NCBI GenBank assembly: GCA_964016885.1
Contig: OZ024742.1
Span: 58,652,001-58,716,000 of the forward strand
DNA length: 64,000 bases
Reading direction: 5' to 3'
From: Eledone cirrhosa
Lineage: Eukaryota
Of this stretch, positions 14,861 to 64,000 are shown piece after piece (position 1 is the first letter of the stretch; each line of letters starts with the position of its first letter). Made by a program: the position numbers and the translations under genes. A model generated the notes under the pieces. The model searched no databases. It was not told the origin of the DNA and saw nothing but the letters and a program-made list of their open reading frames with translations.

Positions 14861-16057
14861 CAAATAGACAAAACCGTGGGCAAAAGGTTGACATAGTCGG
14901 GGTAGGGTATCTGGAACATACAAATGAACAAAACAGTATAGAATAGACCTAGGGGGAACAGGTTGATATAGTTATGACAGGACAAATGACAAGATCACAT
15001 AGTTAGGACAGGGTATGTAACAGATGGATAAAACTATGTACACAATATAGATCGATGGGGGAATGGAGGACATAGTCTGGGCAGGGCATGTGTAAGAAAC
15101 AAATGACAACAGATATACAAAACTATGTATAGAATGATCAAAGGAGTAGGGGACAGGTTCATTAAGTTGGGGAAAATGAGGGACGAGATGGAGAGATGAG
15201 ATCGATAAGTTTATGGGCGTCATATAGATGGTATTAGCACAAGATAGCTTGGGGAGACGTGCTGCTAATGATGATGATAGAAGTAACTGTTTCAAAGGTC
15301 TTCAGAGATTATCAGAGTCGGTATTTAGCTCTATGTTTAAGTCGATGCGGGATAAATATATCATTCGAGTATACGCCAGTCTATTACAGATCTCATTCTC
15401 AGATCATATATCTATTCTCGAAGGTATGGTATGGTCCCGTAACTCCTAATGGAGACGTAGGGGCGCTGTAGTGGCATACAGTGTTTCTTGGGCATTTTAA
15501 GCCTGACGGAACTCATCCCTCCCCAGGCCTGAACACTGACAAGGATAGAAAGTGAGAGAAATGAAGTGAGAAGAAGATATAGAGGAAGAATAGACCTTAG
15601 TACTAGTCTAGTATTTTTTTTTATCGATCTCGAAAGGATGAAAGGCAAAGTTGATCTCGGCGAGATTTGAACACTGGGAGCAGTGAGCCGGAACGAATAC
15701 CGCAAATCATTCTATCCGACGCTCTACCGACTCTGCCAATTTGCGTTCTTTCTATTCTCGGTAAGTTGTAAAAAAGATACATGGAAATGTTCAGCTGAAG
15801 GACTCAAGTAAATTACTGGTATAGATTTCAACCTGTATTCCACTACTTCATCCACCGAACCATATAACACATATTGTGATTGTAGACTGATCAAAATATA
15901 TACGTAGAATGTAACCAAAATATTATATGTATCATATGTATGGACGCGTAACTCTGGGTAGCGACATACGGCGGGCCTTGGGTATTTTTAACCTGACAGA
16001 ACACATCCCTCTCTAAGCCTGAACACTGCCTATTTCTTTCATAAACAACATACATAC

Positions 16058-16241
<184 letters not shown>

Positions 16242-16526
16242 AGAGAGAGAGAGAGAGAGATGAAGAATCGAAACCAGTACACGACTGATACTTTTATTAT
16301 CGACCTCGAAAGGATGAAAGGCAAAATTGAGGACGGTGGGATTTGAACTCAGAAGGCCAGAAGGAATACTGCAAAGCACTTTTCCGACTCTGTCAATTTT
16401 CCGCAAATCAGAAATTGTGAACTATTAATTAGCATTTGTATTTGCAGTAGTAGTAGTAGCAGCAGTTACAATAGCAATAGCAGCAGTGGAAGTAGCAACA
16501 ATATTAGCAGCAACAGCAGCAGCAGC

Positions 16527-16585
<59 letters not shown>

Positions 16586-16683
16586 CAACTGTAGCAATAG
16601 CAGCAGCAGCAGGAGTAGCAATAGTGGAGTAGTGACGGCATAATGGTTGTGGTGGTAGTAGAAATAATAGCTGTAATGGTAGT

Positions 16684-17018
16684 AGGTGCGTGACTTAGTG
16701 GTTAGAGCGTTGGGCTTACAATAATAAGGTTGTGAGTTCGATTCACGGACCGGATGATGCATTGTGTCTTTGAGCAAGACACTTTATTTCACGTTGCTCC
16801 AGTTTATTCAGCTGTAGAAATAAGTTGCGACGTCACTGGTGCCAAGATGTATCGGCATTTACCTTCCCCTTATACAACATTGGTGGCGTGGAGAGGGGAG
16901 ACCGGTATGTATGGGTGACTGTCTTCCACAAACAACCTTACCCGGACTCAGAGGAGAATTTTCTCAGTGCAAATCCCATGGTCAATCGTGACCGAAGGGG
17001 GTCTTTACCCTTTACCCT
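16684..17018 (+). mobile_element. tRNA-derived SINE family B
   Basis: A box tgacttagtgg, B box gagttcgattc, gtgtctttgagcaagacacttt core; other copies at about 29488, 41313, 43985, 56980 and reverse-strand fragments. Confidence 0.85.
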
Positions 17019-18004
17019 GTAGTAGTAATATTAGTAGTAATAGAGATAGTGGTGACTGTTTGATGATAGTTGTGGTGGTGGTAGTAGAGGCGTTGATAGT
17101 CCGCCACTCCTCTTCACCACCACCACCACCACCACCACCATCATCATCATCACCATCACCATCACCATCATCATCATCATCATCATCATTTTACATCTGT
17201 CTTTCATACTGTAATGTGTTGTCACGGTCCAAGTCAGCTCTTATTCGGAGTTACTGCCCTTATAGACGGGTCGGAAAAATGCGTTTCATTCGTATACTCC
17301 ATTTTTGCTCTGGTTTTTACGCCTTGATGCCCTCCTTAGCACCAACATCGTTACATTTTATACTGGGTGCGTTGTATCGTGGCATATACCCTATATAGGT
17401 CGTTATGTGCCCGACAGGGCGAAAGAGCTCTCTCTACCCTACGTAATCTCCATTTGATCGGAAACGACCTTACTGTGTGCATTCTGCACTGGTGAGATTG
17501 CGTTAAATTTTGTAAGACTAAAGAGCAGTCATTACTCCACACTGTCTCCATTTACTCGAGATAACGTAATCACGAGGGTGATTGGAAAAGAAAGCAGCAA
17601 TAGAAGAGAAACTAGACTGAGTGAAGGAAGCGTGAGTACGATGGGAGAGAGGGGGATTGGTATTAGCGGGTAACAAAGAGGGAGTTGTGGAAGGGAGAAA
17701 GAGAGACTACTGAAGAGATTTTTGGAAGAGATGCAGGAAATGAAGCAAGAGAAGCAGCAATGGCAAGGAGTTATAGAAGAAGCAAGTGAGAATATGGTGG
17801 GAGAAGATAAATGTAGAGAACAACGTAATAAAGAAAGAGAATACTTGAAGCAATGGAAGAGTGACAGTCGTGGTAGGGAGTAAAGGAAAAAGGGGTTGAG
17901 ATTATGGCGGGAGAAGCTAAGTGAGTAATAGAGAGAAATAGTGCTGGGGGCAATGGAAGAGGGACAGTTATGGCAGCTACATAGTTGAAAATAATTATAC
18001 AAAC

Positions 18005-60471
<42,467 letters not shown>

Positions 60472-60547
60472 CTGTGTAAAAGAAAATAAAAATAAAAAAA
60501 AAGAAAAAGAAAAATTCATTTACGAAAGAAAAACATTAATGATTATT

Positions 60548-60890
60548 GAGGTCAGTCTTGATGGTCAGCTATGAGGTCAGCCTAGAGGTCAGCCTTGATG
60601 GTCAGCTTTGAGAACAGCCTTGATGGTCAGCCATGAGGTCAGCCTAGAAGTCAGCCTTGATGGTTAGCCATGAGGTCAGCCTAGAGGTCAGCCTAGAGGT
60701 CAGCCTTAAATGTCAGCCATGAGGTCAACCTAGAAGTCAGCCCTGATGGTTAGCCATGAGGTCAGCCTAGAGGTCAGACTTAATGGTCAGCCTTGAGATC
60801 AGCTTTGAGGTCAGCCTTGAGATCAGCTTTGAGGGCAACCTTCTTGGTCAGCCTTGAAGGTTAACCTTCTTGCTCAGTCTTGTTGGACAG
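60548..60890. repeat. Degenerate 12-bp tandem repeat (gaggtcagcctt)n
   Basis: Direct periodicity. Confidence 0.85.
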
Positions 60891-61730
60891 CTTTAGGAAA
60901 ATTAATCATGACAGTGTGACAAGGCTGATCCTTTGAATTACCGATACACTCCATCTGACGGGCTCCCAAACAGTTTCCGCCTAGCCAATTTCATACGCAA
61001 GGCATGGGCCCATTCGTTGTTATGGTAAATGTCACTTGCCCAAGATGCAACGCAGAGGGATTTAACCCTGGACCTAATGATTGCGAAGCGAACTACTTAA
61101 CCACTCATCTATGCCTGCATCATGCGTTTCATAAGACACACAAGCACAGTTCCAGGTTTGTTTTTTAGTGTAACATGAACTGGACAAAGACCAGAGCTTA
61201 ACGTGGTTTAATATAGTGTTAAACGACTGGGAGGTGAGTTAGTGCCAAGGTAAAACCCCTGTTACTGTTGCTTACACACATTTGTAGCTGAGTGGTCAGG
61301 AACAACGGGATATGAAATGTCTTGCTCAGAAAGAAAGCGCCACTAGGGTTGAATGTTGAAACATGAACATACAATCCCGCGCCTAACACCGAAACAACTA
61401 GGCCAGCCACATAGCTTCATGTCCTGCTTCTTTTAAGACCTAAAAGACACATCATGCTGAATCTAGTAGAAACCAGTTAGATATCTATACAGGAATATAG
61501 CGGCTGTATATTGGTTACATACATGGATGATGTGATGAAAGTCGGGAGTTTATAATTTATTATTCACTATGTCAGAATTACTCACTGCGGTGTTTAATGA
61601 TATTTACGTTTTTGCCAGACAGCTTTCTTCACCAGAAAAAAACACGTAATCATATCCTCTTGTCTATTCTCATTAAAAAAATATACCAATCCCTCTCTCT
61701 CCCCACACACACATGTATGTATGTGGGTGA

Positions 61731-61810
<80 letters not shown>

Positions 61811-61834
61811 CGTATGTTTGTGTATGTGTGTATG

Positions 61835-61887
<53 letters not shown>

Positions 61888-61915
61888 GTGTGTGTGTATG
61901 TGAATATGTAAAAAG

Positions 61916-61954
<39 letters not shown>

Positions 61955-62139
61955 CACAAACATACACACCCACGCGTGAACATATACATGTAAGTATATA
62001 TATGCATGCATATAAATTGATCCACACATGCATTTGAGTGTGTAGATATCTGCCTGGTTCAAGGAAGTGCATGATGGAAACATGTTTATGTCTTTGGGGA
62101 GAATAATTACAGCAAATTCAACACGTACATATACATCAG

Positions 62140-63190
62140 TATCTCTAAACACACACATACACACTGACCTGTCTAAACACATACATACACACTGATCTGT
62201 CTAAACACATACATACACACTGACCTGTCTAAACACATACATACACACTTACCTTTCTAAACACATACATGCACACTGATTTCTCTAAATACATTATACA
62301 TACACACTAGTCTCTCTATATGATACATATATACACACTGGTTTCTCTAAACACATACATACATACTAAGCTGTCTAAACACATACATGCACACTGGTTT
62401 CTCTAAACACATACATGCACACTGTTTTCTCTAAACACGTATATATACACACTAATCTGCCTAAACACATACATACACACTAATGTGTCTAAACCAGGGG
62501 TTCTCAACTTTTTTTTCGCTGTGGACCACCAAAATAAGTAATTTTTTCCTGTGGACCACCTAAACTTTTAAATCTTTTGTAATAGAACTGCTACTTATAA
62601 GCATCAGTAGATGTTTTTTTTCAATGAATTAGAAAATGCTATTATCATGTCGCAGTGCCTAAAAATCTACGCAAATAAACAGCTGAAGTCGTACTTATGC
62701 GAAGAATAAGAACAGCGCCTTAAGTCAAATGCATGGATCAAAAAAGAATTTGCTATTGAAAATTTTCTGTGGACCACCTGAATTTTCCTGTGGACCACTA
62801 GTGGTCCACATGGACCAGGTTGAGAACCCCTGGTCTAAACACATACATACACACTAATCTGTCTAAACATATACACACACACTGATTTGTTTAAACACAT
62901 ACATACTGGTTTCTCTAAACGCATACATACACACTAATCTGTCTAAACACACATACAGTGGTTTCTCTAAATACATACATACACACTAATCTGTTTAAAC
63001 ATACACATACTGGTTTCTCTAAACACATACATACACACTAATCTGTCTAAACACATACATACACACTAATCTGTTTAAACACACACATGCTGGTTTCTCT
63101 AAATACATGTATACACACTGATCTGGCTAAACACGTACACACACACAATTCTCTTTAGATACATACGCATACATTAGCATCTCTAAACAC
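62140..63190. repeat. ~28-bp degenerate minisatellite (acactgatctgtctaaacacatacatac)n
   Basis: Direct periodicity, interrupted by a MITE. Confidence 0.85.
62495..62832. mobile_element. hAT (Charlie/Buster-type) MITE, 338 bp
   Basis: TIR caggggttctcaac / gttgagaacccctg; perfect 8-bp TSD gtctaaac; subterminal tgtggaccac repeats. Confidence 0.92.
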
Positions 63191-63354
63191 ATACCTATTC
63201 ACTGACGTTTCTACATGTTTTGAACATGACATACAAATGTTAGACGAATGTTTGGTAACATTCTGAAAACATTTTCAACAGATAAACTGCAACATAATGC
63301 ATAAACAATGAACAACTTAGATAACTAACAAGATAAGTAAAAACATCCCATAAA

Positions 63355-63416
63355 ACAACCACAATAACTACTACTGTAGCAACAGCTAAAACAACAACAG
63401 CAACTACAACTGTAGC

Positions 63417-63448
<32 letters not shown>

Positions 63449-63657
63449 AAACAACAAATACAATGATAATAGCAACAACAACAGTAGCAACAACAATAGT
63501 GACATCAACAGCAACAACGATTGTAACAACAACAACAACAACAACAGTAGTAACAACAACACCCGTAGCAACAACAATAATGACAACAACAGCAACAACA
63601 GCAACAACAACATCAGTAGCAACAACAATAATGACAACAACAACTACAACAACAACC
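63355..63657. repeat. Degenerate (CAA)n trinucleotide repeat
   Basis: Direct. Confidence 0.9.
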
Positions 63658-64000
63658 GTATTAGACTGTGTTCCAGTCGTTCGGAACAACCTGCTCGTGA
63701 AATCACCATGCAAGTGGCTGAACATTACACAGACACGTGTACCTTTAGCGCTGTTCTCAGGAAAATTCAGCGTGATACAGTTTGTGACGAGGCTGACTCT
63801 CTGAATTACAAATATTACAAATACAACTCATATTTATCTACTGAGTGAACTGGAGCAACCTGAAATAAAGTGTCTTGCTCAAGGCCACAACGCACCACTG
63901 TGAATCGAGCAACAACAACTACATCAGCCACAGCAACAATAACAACAACAATCCCAACACCAGCAACACCAGCAACAACAACTATAACAGTAGCTATAGC

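Noticed and set aside
16684-16760. tRNA genes (also at 41313, 43985, 58944)
   Set aside because: tRNA-like heads continue directly into SINE bodies and lack intact cloverleaves
61580-61640. Possible upstream host exon with a gtgagt donor
   Set aside because: Phase incompatible with the 60471 acceptor and no TSP1-like sequence

Overview
Repeat-rich, AT-rich animal genomic DNA. The SINE families and microsatellite load suggest an octopus/cephalopod, which is inference only. The backbone is a minus-strand THSD4/ADAMTSL4-6-like extracellular-matrix gene. Eleven phase-compatible GT-AG exons (60471 down to 18005) encode the Cys-rich module, spacer, a long basic linker and six TSP1 repeats; the N-terminal and PLAC exons were not found in the window. 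Introns and the region below the last exon hold two Penelope-like retroelement (PLE) RT/GIY-YIG remnants, RTE and R4/Dong LINE fragments, a Tc1/mariner fragment, mariner and hAT MITEs, many tRNA-derived SINEs and several satellites. The most notable unannotated signal is about 20 hammerhead-ribozyme (HHR) motifs read by eye. Some have a 59-99 nt (possibly ~190 nt) stem II. They sit in short, ORF-less, often palindromic PLE-derived elements that are mostly anchored at (TA)n or (CA)n tracts. Most ORFs in the supplied track are microsatellite artefacts.
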